Of a stretch of 64,000 bases of DNA, positions 1 through 10,400 are shown one piece after another. The notes beneath the pieces were generated by a model, which was not told where the DNA came from, searched no databases, and saw only the letters and a list, made by a program, of their open reading frames with translations. A program made the translations under genes and the position numbers. Origin of the DNA: Chitinophagaceae bacterium (GTDB taxonomy: Bacteria > Bacteroidota > Bacteroidia > Chitinophagales > Chitinophagaceae); the NCBI GenBank assembly GCA_021299955.1, contig JAJTFQ010000013.1, positions 11,075-75,074 on the forward strand. The letters run 5' to 3'. The stretch's first letter is position 1. Every line of letters starts with the position of its first letter.

Positions 1-1
1 C

Positions 2-724
2 ATCATCTTCCGGGAACTCACCGGCGGTATCTACTTTGGAGAAAAGGAAAAGGATGAAGCCCTGACCTTCGCCTCCGATAAATGCATCTATCACCGTCAC
101 GAGATCGAACGCATCGCAGAACTGGCATTCCAGTACGCCCGCATCAGACGAAAAAAACTGACGCTGGTCGACAAGGCCAATGTCCTGGAAACCTCGCGCC
201 TGTGGCGCAAGATCGTGCAGGAAGTCGCCGCGAAATATCCTGATGTGACGACCGAGTACATGTTCGTCGACAATGCGGCCATGCAGATCATCGTCAACCC
301 GAAGCAGTTCGATGTGATGCTCACCGAAAATATGTTCGGAGATATCCTGAGCGATGAAGCCTCCGTCCTCAGCGGATCGCTCGGTCTCCTGCCCTCCTCC
401 TCCATCGGTGGTGAAGCGGCCCTTTTCGAGCCCATCCACGGCTCCTATCCGCAGGCCGCCGGCATGGACATCGCCAATCCCATCGGTTCCATCCTCTCCG
501 TCGCCATGATGCTCGAACACTTCGGCATGCACGAAGAGGCCGCCAGCATTCGCAGGGCCGTGGAATGGACCCTCCAGCATGGTTTCGTGACCAAGGACAT
601 CGATCCCGTTAATTTTTATTTCACCAGCACCATCGGAGAACTCGTCTGCGACCACATCGCCCAGCGCATCCCCGGTGAAGTGAACAAGGCAAACATCGAA
701 ATCCGCAAATCAACCATCATCTGA
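2..724 (+). CDS. leuB: 3-isopropylmalate dehydrogenase (5'-truncated by window edge)
   Basis: Frame open from nt 2 (IIFRELTGGIYFG); VDKANVL, NMFGDILSDEAS and EPIHGSYPQAAG motifs; first gene of ilv/leu run. Confidence 0.95.
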   Translation: MIFRELTGGIYFGEKEKDEALTFASDKCIYHRHEIERIAELAFQYARIRRKKLTLVDKANVLETSRLWRKIVQEVAAKYPDVTTEYMFVDNAAMQIIVNPKQFDVMLTENMFGDILSDEASVLSGSLGLLPSSSIGGEAALFEPIHGSYPQAAGMDIANPIGSILSVAMMLEHFGMHEEAASIRRAVEWTLQHGFVTKDIDPVNFYFTSTIGELVCDHIAQRIPGEVNKANIEIRKSTII

Positions 725-727
725 CCT

Positions 728-2407
728 ATGAACCTTATCAATAAATACAGCCGGACACTCACTCAGGATCCCACACAACCCGCCGCCCAGGCCATGTACT
801 ATGCCCTCGGTATGACGGAAGAAGACCTGGCCAAAGCACAAGTAGGCATCGCCAGTATGGGCTACGATGGCAACCCCTGCAACATGCACCTGAACGATCT
901 GGCCGCCCTCGTCAAACAGGGCGTATGGGAACAGGGCCTCGTCGGCCTCACCTTCCACACCATTGGCGTGAGCGACGGCATGTCCAACGGAACCCCCGGC
1001 ATGCGCTACTCCCTCGTTAGCCGCGACATCATCGCTGACTCCATCGAAACCGTTTGTGGTGCGCAATATTACGATGGACTCATTACCGTGCCCGGCTGCG
1101 ATAAGAATATGCCCGGTTCCCTGATCGCCATGGGCCGGCTCGATCGGCCCTCCATCATGGTATATGGCGGCACCATCGCACCCGGACATTACAAGGGAGA
1201 GGACCTCAACATCATATCCGCCTTCGAAGCCCTGGGGAAAAAGATCGCAGGGAACCTTGATGAGGCCGATTTCAAGGGCATTGTCATGAACGCCTGCCCC
1301 GGCCCGGGCGCCTGCGGCGGCATGTACACCGCCAATACCATGGCCTCCGCCATCGAAGCCCTGGGTATGAGCCTTCCTTACTCCTCCTCTAACCCCGCCC
1401 TCAGCGAGGAGAAAAAACAGGAATGCAAAGATGCCGGTAAATACATCCAACAACTGCTGGAAAAGGATATCAAACCGTCAGACATCATGACGGCCAAGGC
1501 TTTTGACAACGCCCTGACGCTCATCATGGTACTCGGCGGATCCACCAACGCGGTCCTTCACTTCATCGCCATGGCCCGCGCCGTAGGCGTTCCACTCACA
1601 CAGGACGACTTCCAGCGGATCAGCGACAAGGTGCCCGTACTCGGAGACCTAAAGCCCAGCGGCAGATACCTGATGGAAGATCTCCACAATGTTGGCGGCG
1701 TTCCGGCTGTATTGAAATACCTGCTGGCAAAGGGATTGATCCATGGCGATTGCCTCACCGTCACCGGAAAGACGATGGCCGAAAACCTCGCTGACATTCC
1801 GGATCTCGACTTCAACAGCCAACGCATCATCCTGCCGGTGGAAACCCCGGTAAAGGCCACCGGCCACCTGCAGATACTCTACGGAAACCTGGCCTCCGGT
1901 GGCAGCGTAGCCAAGATCAGTGGTAAAGAAGGAGAACGCTTCAGCGGACCGGCCCGCGTCTTCGATGGCGAGGAACAACTGATCTCGGGCATACGAGAGG
2001 GCAGGGTAAAGGCAGGGGATGTAGTGGTCATCAGATATGTCGGCCCCCGCGGTGCACCCGGCATGCCGGAGATGCTCAAACCGACCTCCGCCATCATCGG
2101 CGCAGGCCTCGGTAAGTCCGTCGCGCTCATCACCGACGGACGTTTCAGCGGTGGAACGCATGGTTTCGTGGTGGGGCATATCACGCCTGAAGCCCACGAC
2201 GGCGGCCTGATCGCTCTCGTGCACGACAACGATATTATTGAGCTCGACGCCGTCAATAACCAGATGACCCTGCATGTCAGCGAAGCAGAGATCGAACAGA
2301 GGCGCAAGTCCTGGCAGCAGCCTCCGCTCACCGTCAGCAAGGGGATCCTCTACAAGTACGCCAAACAAGTACGCACCGCCGCCGAAGGCTGCGTCACAGA
2401 CGAATAA
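728..2407 (+). CDS. ilvD: dihydroxy-acid dehydratase
   Basis: 559 aa; [33 protein letters not shown] motifs. Confidence 0.97.
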   Translation: MNLINKYSRTLTQDPTQPAAQAMYYALGMTEEDLAKAQVGIASMGYDGNPCNMHLNDLAALVKQGVWEQGLVGLTFHTIGVSDGMSNGTPGMRYSLVSRDIIADSIETVCGAQYYDGLITVPGCDKNMPGSLIAMGRLDRPSIMVYGGTIAPGHYKGEDLNIISAFEALGKKIAGNLDEADFKGIVMNACPGPGACGGMYTANTMASAIEALGMSLPYSSSNPALSEEKKQECKDAGKYIQQLLEKDIKPSDIMTAKAFDNALTLIMVLGGSTNAVLHFIAMARAVGVPLTQDDFQRISDKVPVLGDLKPSGRYLMEDLHNVGGVPAVLKYLLAKGLIHGDCLTVTGKTMAENLADIPDLDFNSQRIILPVETPVKATGHLQILYGNLASGGSVAKISGKEGERFSGPARVFDGEEQLISGIREGRVKAGDVVVIRYVGPRGAPGMPEMLKPTSAIIGAGLGKSVALITDGRFSGGTHGFVVGHITPEAHDGGLIALVHDNDIIELDAVNNQMTLHVSEAEIEQRRKSWQQPPLTVSKGILYKYAKQVRTAAEGCVTDE

Positions 2408-2444
2408 CACCGAACCATCCGCCGAAAGCCCAAAACACATCCAC

Positions 2445-4181
2445 ATGGACACCGCACTCAGTACGGCACCCGCCACCGCCACGCAACAGACCCGAACCAT
2501 CTCCGGCTCACAGGCCGTCTGTGAAGCCATGGTACAGGAAGGCGTCAGCACGATCTTCGGATACCCCGGTGGAGCCATCATGCCCATCTACGACGCACTC
2601 TACGGGTATGAAGACCGGCTCGAACACATCCTCGTACGCCACGAACAGGGCGGCATACACGCTGCCCAGGGCTACGCCCGTACGTCGGGCCGCACCGGTG
2701 TGGTATTCGCCACCAGTGGCCCCGGCGCCACCAATCTCGTAACCGGTCTCGCCGATGCGATGATCGACTCCACCCCGCTGGTATGCATCACCGGACAAGT
2801 GTTTGCACATCTCCTCGGGACTGATGCGTTTCAGGAGACCGATGTGATCAATATCACCACGCCGGTCACCAAGTGGAACTACCAGATCACCGATGCCGCC
2901 GAGATCCCCGAAATCCTGGCGAAGGCCTTCTACATCGCTGGCAGCGGACGCCCCGGCCCTGTGCTGATCGATATCACCAAAAACGCCCAGCTGCAATTAT
3001 TCGAATATCAGGGCTATAAACCCTGCCACCACATCCGAAGCTACCGGCCGAAACCTGTGGTCAGGAAGGCGTACGTCGAAGAAGCTGCCCGGCTCATTAA
3101 CGAAGCCGAACGCCCCTTTGTGATCTTCGGACAAGGTGTGATCCTGGGCGGCGCAGAACAGGAATTCAAAGCCTTCATCGAAAAGGCCGGGATCCCGGCA
3201 GCGTGGACGATCCTGGGCCTCAGCGCGCTGCCGACAGATCACCCCCTCAATGTGGGGATGCTCGGCATGCATGGAAATTACGGACCGAATGTGCTGACCA
3301 ATGAATGCGACGTACTCATCGCCGTCGGCATGCGCTTCGACGACCGCGTGACCGGACGGCTCGACAAATATGCCAAACAGGCGAAGGTCATTCACCTGGA
3401 TATTGACCCGGCCGAGATCGATAAAAATATCAAGGCCACCGTACCCGTATGGGGCGACTGCAAGGAAACCCTGCCCATGCTGACGGCCCTGGTGCAGCAG
3501 AAAGCCTATCCCAAATGGCTTGAGAAATTCAAGGAATGCACCAAGAGCGAAGACGAAGCCGTGTTCCAGGGAGAACTCCACCCGACATCCGATATACTAA
3601 CGATGGGTGAAGTGATCGATACCCTGAATCAGATCACCCATGGAAATGCGGTCATCGTCACCGATGTAGGACAGCACCAGATGGTCGCCTGCCGTTATGC
3701 CAAATTCAACCAGTCCAGGAGCAATGTGACCTCCGGAGGGCTCGGAACGATGGGATTTGCCCTGCCGGCAGCCATCGGCGCCAAATTCGGTGCCCCGGAT
3801 CGCGAAGTCGTTGCCGTCATAGGCGACGGAGGTTTCCAGATGACCCTCCAGGAACTCGGCACCATCATGCAGAGCAACGTCAAGGTCAAGATCATCATCC
3901 TGAACAATAACTTCCTCGGAATGGTACGCCAGTGGCAGGAACTCTTCCACGAACGCCGATACTCCTCCGTGGATATCCAGAGTCCGGATTTCGTAGCCCT
4001 CGCGGCCGCCTATGGCATCTCCGGACAATCCGTCTCCGAACGCCCGAACCTAAAAACGGCATTGGAAACCATGATCGATCACGACGGCGCCTACCTCCTG
4101 GAAGTCATGGTTGGCAAGGAAAATAACGTGTTCCCCATGGTGCCGCAAGGCTGCGGTGTCGCCGAGATCAGACTTAAATGA
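2445..4181 (+). CDS. ilvB: acetolactate synthase large subunit
   Basis: FGYPGGA, RHEQ, TSGPGATN, GDGGFQM (TPP-binding); start moved to ATG 2445 because ORF-track start overlaps ilvD. Confidence 0.95.
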   Translation: MDTALSTAPATATQQTRTISGSQAVCEAMVQEGVSTIFGYPGGAIMPIYDALYGYEDRLEHILVRHEQGGIHAAQGYARTSGRTGVVFATSGPGATNLVTGLADAMIDSTPLVCITGQVFAHLLGTDAFQETDVINITTPVTKWNYQITDAAEIPEILAKAFYIAGSGRPGPVLIDITKNAQLQLFEYQGYKPCHHIRSYRPKPVVRKAYVEEAARLINEAERPFVIFGQGVILGGAEQEFKAFIEKAGIPAAWTILGLSALPTDHPLNVGMLGMHGNYGPNVLTNECDVLIAVGMRFDDRVTGRLDKYAKQAKVIHLDIDPAEIDKNIKATVPVWGDCKETLPMLTALVQQKAYPKWLEKFKECTKSEDEAVFQGELHPTSDILTMGEVIDTLNQITHGNAVIVTDVGQHQMVACRYAKFNQSRSNVTSGGLGTMGFALPAAIGAKFGAPDREVVAVIGDGGFQMTLQELGTIMQSNVKVKIIILNNNFLGMVRQWQELFHERRYSSVDIQSPDFVALAAAYGISGQSVSERPNLKTALETMIDHDGAYLLEVMVGKENNVFPMVPQGCGVAEIRLK

Positions 4182-4207
4182 CATCCGGGAGGAATAAAAT
4201 CAGCAAC

Positions 4208-4795
4208 ATGAAACAGGAATATACCATCACCGTCTATACCGAGAATCAGGTCGGCCTCCTCAACCGGATCGCCATCATGTTCTCGAGACGGAAGATCAAC
4301 ATCGAAAGCCTAAATACATCTCCCTCAGAAGTGGAAGGCATCCACCGGTTCACCATCGTCATCAACGAAACAGAAGACGTGGTGCGCAAACTCGTCCGGC
4401 AGATCGAAAAGCAGGTGGACGTGCTCAAAGCCTACTTCAATACCAACGAGGAGATCGTATGGCAGGAACTCGCCCTCTATAAAGTACCTACAGATGAGAT
4501 CGCCGAAAAGGTCAAGGTAGAGCGTTTGCTGCGCGAACACGGTGCCAGGGCCGTGGTCATCCGGAAAGACTACACCATCTTCGAAACCTCCGGGCACCGC
4601 GAGGAAACAGATAAGCTCATAAGCGTCCTCGAACCGGTTGGACTGATCGAATTCGTACGCAGCGCACGCGTAGCCATCATCAAGGAAAGCCGGGGCTTCC
4701 ACGAAAAACTGAAGGAGTTCGAAGAAACAGAACCCCACCCCTCCACCCGGGAAAATGAGTATCTCGACCAGGGCGGGAATGTGTTCGTCATGTAA
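4208..4795 (+). CDS. ilvN: acetolactate synthase small regulatory subunit
   Basis: ACT domain ENQVGLLNRIAIMFSRRKINIESL; follows ilvB. Confidence 0.93.
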   Translation: MKQEYTITVYTENQVGLLNRIAIMFSRRKINIESLNTSPSEVEGIHRFTIVINETEDVVRKLVRQIEKQVDVLKAYFNTNEEIVWQELALYKVPTDEIAEKVKVERLLREHGARAVVIRKDYTIFETSGHREETDKLISVLEPVGLIEFVRSARVAIIKESRGFHEKLKEFEETEPHPSTRENEYLDQGGNVFVM

Positions 4796-4855
4796 TACGA
4801 ACCAGACATTACAACATCGTGAATCGTTAACCATCCATACAAACAATCGATCAAC

Positions 4856-5905
4856 ATGGCAAAATTGAATTTTGGCGGGACGGAAGAAAATGTGGTGACC
4901 CGAGACGAGTTCCCGCTCGCGAAAGCACAGGAAATCCTGAAAGATGAAGTCGTCGCTGTCATCGGCTACGGCGTGCAGGGCCCCGGTCAGGCACTCAACC
5001 AAAAAGAGAACGGCATCAACGTGATCATCGGCCAGCGGAAGAACTCCAAGAGCTGGGATAAAGCGGTGAGCGATGGATTCGTCCCCGGAGAAACCCTCTT
5101 TGAGATCGAAGAAGCCCTGCAGCGCGGCACGATCATCTGCTACCTGCTCAGTGACGCTGCCCAGATCCAGATGTGGCCGACGGTCAAGAAGCATCTCACG
5201 CCCGGCAAGGCCCTCTACTTCTCGCATGGCTTCGGCATCACCTACAACGACCAGACAGGCATCATACCTCCCCCTGATGTGGATGTATTCCTCGTTGCCC
5301 CGAAAGGTTCAGGTACCTCCCTGCGCCGCATGTTCCTGCAGGGACGAGGCCTCAACAGCAGCTACGCCATCCATCAGGATGCCACCGGCCGCGCCTTCGA
5401 ACGCGTCATCGCCCTCGGCATCGCCATTGGCAGTGGCTACCTTTTCGAGACCAATTTCAAGAAGGAAGTATACAGCGATCTTACCGGTGAGCGCGGCACC
5501 CTGATGGGCGCCATCCAGGGCATCTTCGCCGCCCAGTACCAGGTGCTGCGGGAGCGCGGACACTCACCCTCCGAAGCCTTCAATGAAACGGTGGAAGAAC
5601 TGACCCAGTCGCTCATGCCACTGGTGGCTGAAAACGGCATGGACTGGATGTACGCCAACTGCTCCACCACCGCCCAGCGCGGTGCGCTCGACTGGTGGAA
5701 GAAATTCCGCGACGCCACCCTGCCTGTCTTCAACGAACTCTATACCAGCGTCGCTGAAGGAAAGGAAAGCCAGCGCAGCATCGACAGTAACAGCCAGCCC
5801 GACTATCGCGCTAAACTCGAGGAGGAACTGAAAGAACTCCGCGAAAGCGAAATGTGGCAGGCCGGCAAAACCGTCCGCAGCCTCCGCCCGGAGAACCAGG
5901 CATGA
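4856..5905 (+). CDS. ilvC: ketol-acid reductoisomerase
   Basis: IGYGVQG, APKGSG, SDLTGER motifs. Confidence 0.96.
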   Translation: MAKLNFGGTEENVVTRDEFPLAKAQEILKDEVVAVIGYGVQGPGQALNQKENGINVIIGQRKNSKSWDKAVSDGFVPGETLFEIEEALQRGTIICYLLSDAAQIQMWPTVKKHLTPGKALYFSHGFGITYNDQTGIIPPPDVDVFLVAPKGSGTSLRRMFLQGRGLNSSYAIHQDATGRAFERVIALGIAIGSGYLFETNFKKEVYSDLTGERGTLMGAIQGIFAAQYQVLRERGHSPSEAFNETVEELTQSLMPLVAENGMDWMYANCSTTAQRGALDWWKKFRDATLPVFNELYTSVAEGKESQRSIDSNSQPDYRAKLEEELKELRESEMWQAGKTVRSLRPENQA

Positions 5906-5987
5906 TCAAGTATCATCAGAACGGAGGACTTCGCCGGTTCGCAACCCTGCGAACCGGCGGGCTCCGGGATGATGTGAAACAAACACC

Positions 5988-7238
5988 ATGATACAGGGGA
6001 CACAGACCGCACTGGATTTTAAAAAAGCCGCCGAACGCCTGCACAAGGTGATCACGCGTACCCCCCTGCAATACAACCACCGGCTATCCAGAAAATATGA
6101 CTGCCAGGTATGGCTCAAACGGGAAGACCTGCAGGTCGTGCGATCCTACAAGATCCGGGGAGCTTATAACATGATGAGCACCCTGCCGCAGGAAGACCTC
6201 GAAAAGGGCGTCGTCTGCGCCAGCGCCGGAAATCACGCCCAGGGATTCGCCTACGGCTGCAGACAACTGCAGGTCAAGGGTATCGTGTTCATGCCCGTCA
6301 TCACACCCAAACAGAAGATCGCCCAGACCCGCATGTTCGGGGAGGAGTGGATCGAGATCAGACTCGCCGGCGACACATTCGACGACTGCGCCCAGGCAGC
6401 CATGGAATTCACCCGCAGAAACCACATGGTGTTCATCCCTCCTTTCGAAGACCTCAGGATCATCGAAGGCCAGGGGACCGTCGGCTGCGAGATCCTGGAG
6501 GAAACGCAGGGGATCGACTGGCTGTTCCTGCCCGTCGGAGGCGGCGGGCTGGCCGCAGGTGTCGGCACCTGCTTCCGGCAGCATTCGCCGAACACACGCA
6601 TCGTAGGCCTGGAACCTGAAGGCGCTCCCTCCATGAAGGAAGCACTTAAGGCCGGCCATCCGGTGATGCTCACCGAAATCGACAGGTTCGTGGACGGCGC
6701 AGCCGTCAAACGCGTGGGAGACATCACCTTCTCCATCTGCCGCGAAGTGCTCGACGAAATGCACCTCGTACCTGAAGGACGCATCTGCACCACCATCCTC
6801 AAACTCTATAATGAAGATGCCATCGTCGTTGAACCCGCCGGAGCCCTGTCCATCGCGGCACTCGACGACTATGCCGAAGCCATCCGGGGCAAAAAGATCG
6901 TCTGCATCGTCAGCGGCAGCAACAATGACATCGACCGGATGCCCGAGATCAGGGAAAGATCCCTCCAATACGAAGGCCTGAAGCATTACTTCCTGATCAG
7001 CTTCGCCCAGCGACCGGGTGCACTGAAGGAATTCGTGAACCAGGTCCTCGGACCAACCGACGACATCACCCGTTTCGAGTACATGCAAAAAACAAACAAG
7101 GAAGCCGGTCCAGCCCTCGTTGGCATCGAACTGCAGAGCCGGGCCGATTACGAAGGACTCATGGACCGAATGGATCAACATGGTATCAACGTAACAGAGA
7201 TCAACAAGAACGACAAACTCTACGGATACCTGATCTGA
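5988..7238 (+). CDS. ilvA: threonine ammonia-lyase (biosynthetic)
   Basis: REDLQVVRSYKIRGA PLP lysine, SAGNHAQG, VGGGGL, C-terminal ACT-like domain. Confidence 0.95.
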   Translation: MIQGTQTALDFKKAAERLHKVITRTPLQYNHRLSRKYDCQVWLKREDLQVVRSYKIRGAYNMMSTLPQEDLEKGVVCASAGNHAQGFAYGCRQLQVKGIVFMPVITPKQKIAQTRMFGEEWIEIRLAGDTFDDCAQAAMEFTRRNHMVFIPPFEDLRIIEGQGTVGCEILEETQGIDWLFLPVGGGGLAAGVGTCFRQHSPNTRIVGLEPEGAPSMKEALKAGHPVMLTEIDRFVDGAAVKRVGDITFSICREVLDEMHLVPEGRICTTILKLYNEDAIVVEPAGALSIAALDDYAEAIRGKKIVCIVSGSNNDIDRMPEIRERSLQYEGLKHYFLISFAQRPGALKEFVNQVLGPTDDITRFEYMQKTNKEAGPALVGIELQSRADYEGLMDRMDQHGINVTEINKNDKLYGYLI

Positions 7239-7403
7239 TCCCCCGAAAGTTCACCTAAGCCCGAAACGCTGTCGATTGCTTAAATTTTTTCAGGATTTAT
7301 CGCATTTTTTTCGTAATTTCCGCTGATCGCTTGCCAATATATTAGACGTTCCTGCGAAGAACACCCCGAATCATTCATTTTTTTTCAATAACCCACATTT
7401 GCT

Positions 7404-10400
7404 ATGGCAAGTAACCTGGGATTATACCGTCCCGAATTCGAGCATGACGCCTGCGGTATTGGCTTCGTAGCCAATCTGAAAGGAAACAAGAACCACCAGA
7501 TCGTTTCGGACGCACTCACCATCCTCGAGAACATGGAACACCGGGGCGCCTGCGGTTGTGAGGACAACACCGGCGACGGCGCAGGCATCCTGATCCAGAC
7601 ACCGCACGAATTCTTCTTCGAGGAATGCCTGAAACTGGGCGTACACCTGCCCCCGTTCGGGAAATACGGGGTAGGTACTGTTTTTTTTCCACGAGAGATC
7701 CGTCTGCGCGAAGAATGCAGGGACATCTTCCACCGCACAGCCGAAAAACTCGGCCTGGAGATCCTTACCTGGCGGAAGATCCCTGTCAACCCGGAAGGTA
7801 TCGGCCCCTCCGCCCTGTCCGTGGAACCGGAAATGGAACAGGTATTCATCGCCTGTCCTGACCATATCAACGACCCCATGGCCTTCGAGCGCAAACTATT
7901 CGTGCTCCGCAACCATAGCAGCCATATCATCAACAATACGGTCAGGAAAGATACCATCGGCTTCTACATCGCGTCCCTCTCCTATAAGATCGTCGTCTAC
8001 AAGGGACAGCTCACCAGCCACCAGGTACGTCACTATTTCGCTGACCTCCGCAACAAACGCGTTGTCAGCGCCTTCGGACTCGTGCACTCCCGCTTCGCTA
8101 CAAACACTTTCCCCTCCTGGAAACTGGCCCAGCCCTTCCGCTTCATCGCACACAACGGTGAGATCAATACCCTGCAGGGAAACCTCAACTGGCTCAAATC
8201 CAGTGAACGCGGTTTCACCTCCCCATACTTCACCCGCGAGGAGATGGACATGCTCCTGCCCATCGTGAGCGAAGGCCAGTCGGACAGTGCCAGCCTGGAC
8301 AATGTCATCGAACTGCTGAGCATGACCGGCAGGTCCCTGCCCCATGTGATGATGATGCTCATCCCCGAAGCCTGGGATGATAACGATATGATGGATCCCG
8401 TCCGCAAGGCATTCTATGAATATCACGCGTCGATGATGGAACCATGGGATGGCCCAGCCTCCATCTCCTTCACCGACGGGCGAATGATCGGCGCTACCCT
8501 CGACCGTAACGGACTGCGCCCATCCCGCTACTGCGTCACCACCGACGATCGCGTCATCATGGCCAGCGAAACGGGTGCCCTCCCCGTGGATCCGGCACTC
8601 ATCAAGGAGAAGGGACGGCTGCAACCCGGCCGCATGTTCGTGGTCGACCTCGAACAGGGACGCATCATCAGCGACGAAGAGATCAAGCAGGAAGTCTGCA
8701 ACCGGAAGCCCTACGCTGACTGGTTGAACAAATACAAGATCCGACTCAACGAGCTTCCGGAACCACGCGTCATGTTCACCCACCTCGAACATGACCAGGT
8801 GTTCAAATACCAGAAAGCATTTGGATACTCCCGAGAAGACCTCGAACAGATCATCACCCCCATGGCCCTCGATGGCAAGGAACCCATCGGTTCCATGGGT
8901 ACCGACACCCCCCTCGCCGTGCTGAGTGATCAGCCACAGCACCTCAGCAGCTACTTCAAACAACTGTTCGCACAGGTGACCAATCCGCCGATCGACCCGA
9001 TCCGCGAACGCCTGGTCATGTCGCTCGCCACCTTCGTGGGCAGCAATGGTAACATGCTGATCGAAGACCCGCAGAGCTGCCATACCGTCGCCCTCAAGCA
9101 TCCCGTGCTCAGCAACCACGATCTGGAAAAGATCCGCAGCATCGATACGGGGATCTTCCAGGCCAAGACCCTCCAATGCTATTTCCGCGCTGATGGGAAT
9201 CCGGGCAGGCTTAAATCCGCCCTCGACCGGATCTGCCGCTATGCAGTGGATGCCGTACAGGATGGTTTTGAGGTCCTCATCCTGCAAGACCGGGCCATCG
9301 ACTCCGATCACGCACCCATCCCATCCCTGCTCGCCACCTCCGCCATCCATCACCACCTCATCCGAAAGGGACTGAGAGGTAAGGTCGGCATCGTCGTCGA
9401 AGCAGGTGATGTATGGGAAGTGCATCACTTCGCTTGCCTCCTGGCATTCGGCGCCACCGCCATCAACCCCTACCTGGCCCTGTCCACCATCCGCGACCTG
9501 CGTCAGACCAGTCGGCTGAAAACGGACCTCGACCCCGACCAGCTTAAGAAGAACTACATCAAAGCCGTCAACGAGGGACTCCTCAAAGTGTTCTCAAAAA
9601 TGGGGATATCCACCCTGCAGTCATACCAGGGTGCCCAGATCATGGAGATCATCGGCCTGAACCGTGAAGTGGTGGACCACTACTTCACGGGTGCCGTCTC
9701 CCGCATCCAGGGTATGGGACTCGATGAGATCGCCCGCGAAGCACTCGCCAAACATGGCAATGCCTTCAGCAAGATGGAGATCCCCTACGACCAGTTGCCA
9801 GCCGGCGGATTCTACCAATGGAAACGGAAAGGCGAAGCCCATCTCTTCAACCCGCAGACCATACACCTGCTGCAGCATTCAACGCGCACCAACGATTACG
9901 GCACCTTCAAGAAATACTCGAAGCTCGTGAACGACCAGGGCGAAAAGGCCTGTACACTTCGAAGCCTCCTGGATTTCAAAAAGACACGCACCTCGATCCC
10001 GATCGACGAGGTCGAATCCGAAGAAAATATCTTCAAGAGATTCGCCACCGGGGCGATGTCTTTCGGCTCCATCTCCTGGGAAGCCCACACTACCCTCGCC
10101 ATCGCCATGAACCGCCTGGGTGCCAAAAGCAATACCGGCGAGGGTGGAGAAGACGAGTTGCGCTACGAACCGATGCAAAACGGAGACTCGATGCGCTCAT
10201 CCATCAAGCAAGTCGCCTCGGCGCGATTTGGCGTCACCAGCCTCTACCTCACCGAGGCGGATGAACTGCAGATAAAGATGGCGCAAGGCGCAAAACCCGG
10301 CGAGGGTGGTCAACTACCCGGCCACAAGGTGGATGACTGGATCGGACGCGTGCGCCATTCCACCCCGGGTGTAGGCCTGATCTCACCGCCGCCGCACCAC

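Noticed and set aside
2274-2444. N-terminal extension of IlvB (likewise ORF-track extensions of thrA, ribE, LacI, M81 and the Asp-box protein)
   Set aside because: Extensions overlap neighbouring genes or promoters and lack homology; downstream ATGs fit family starts
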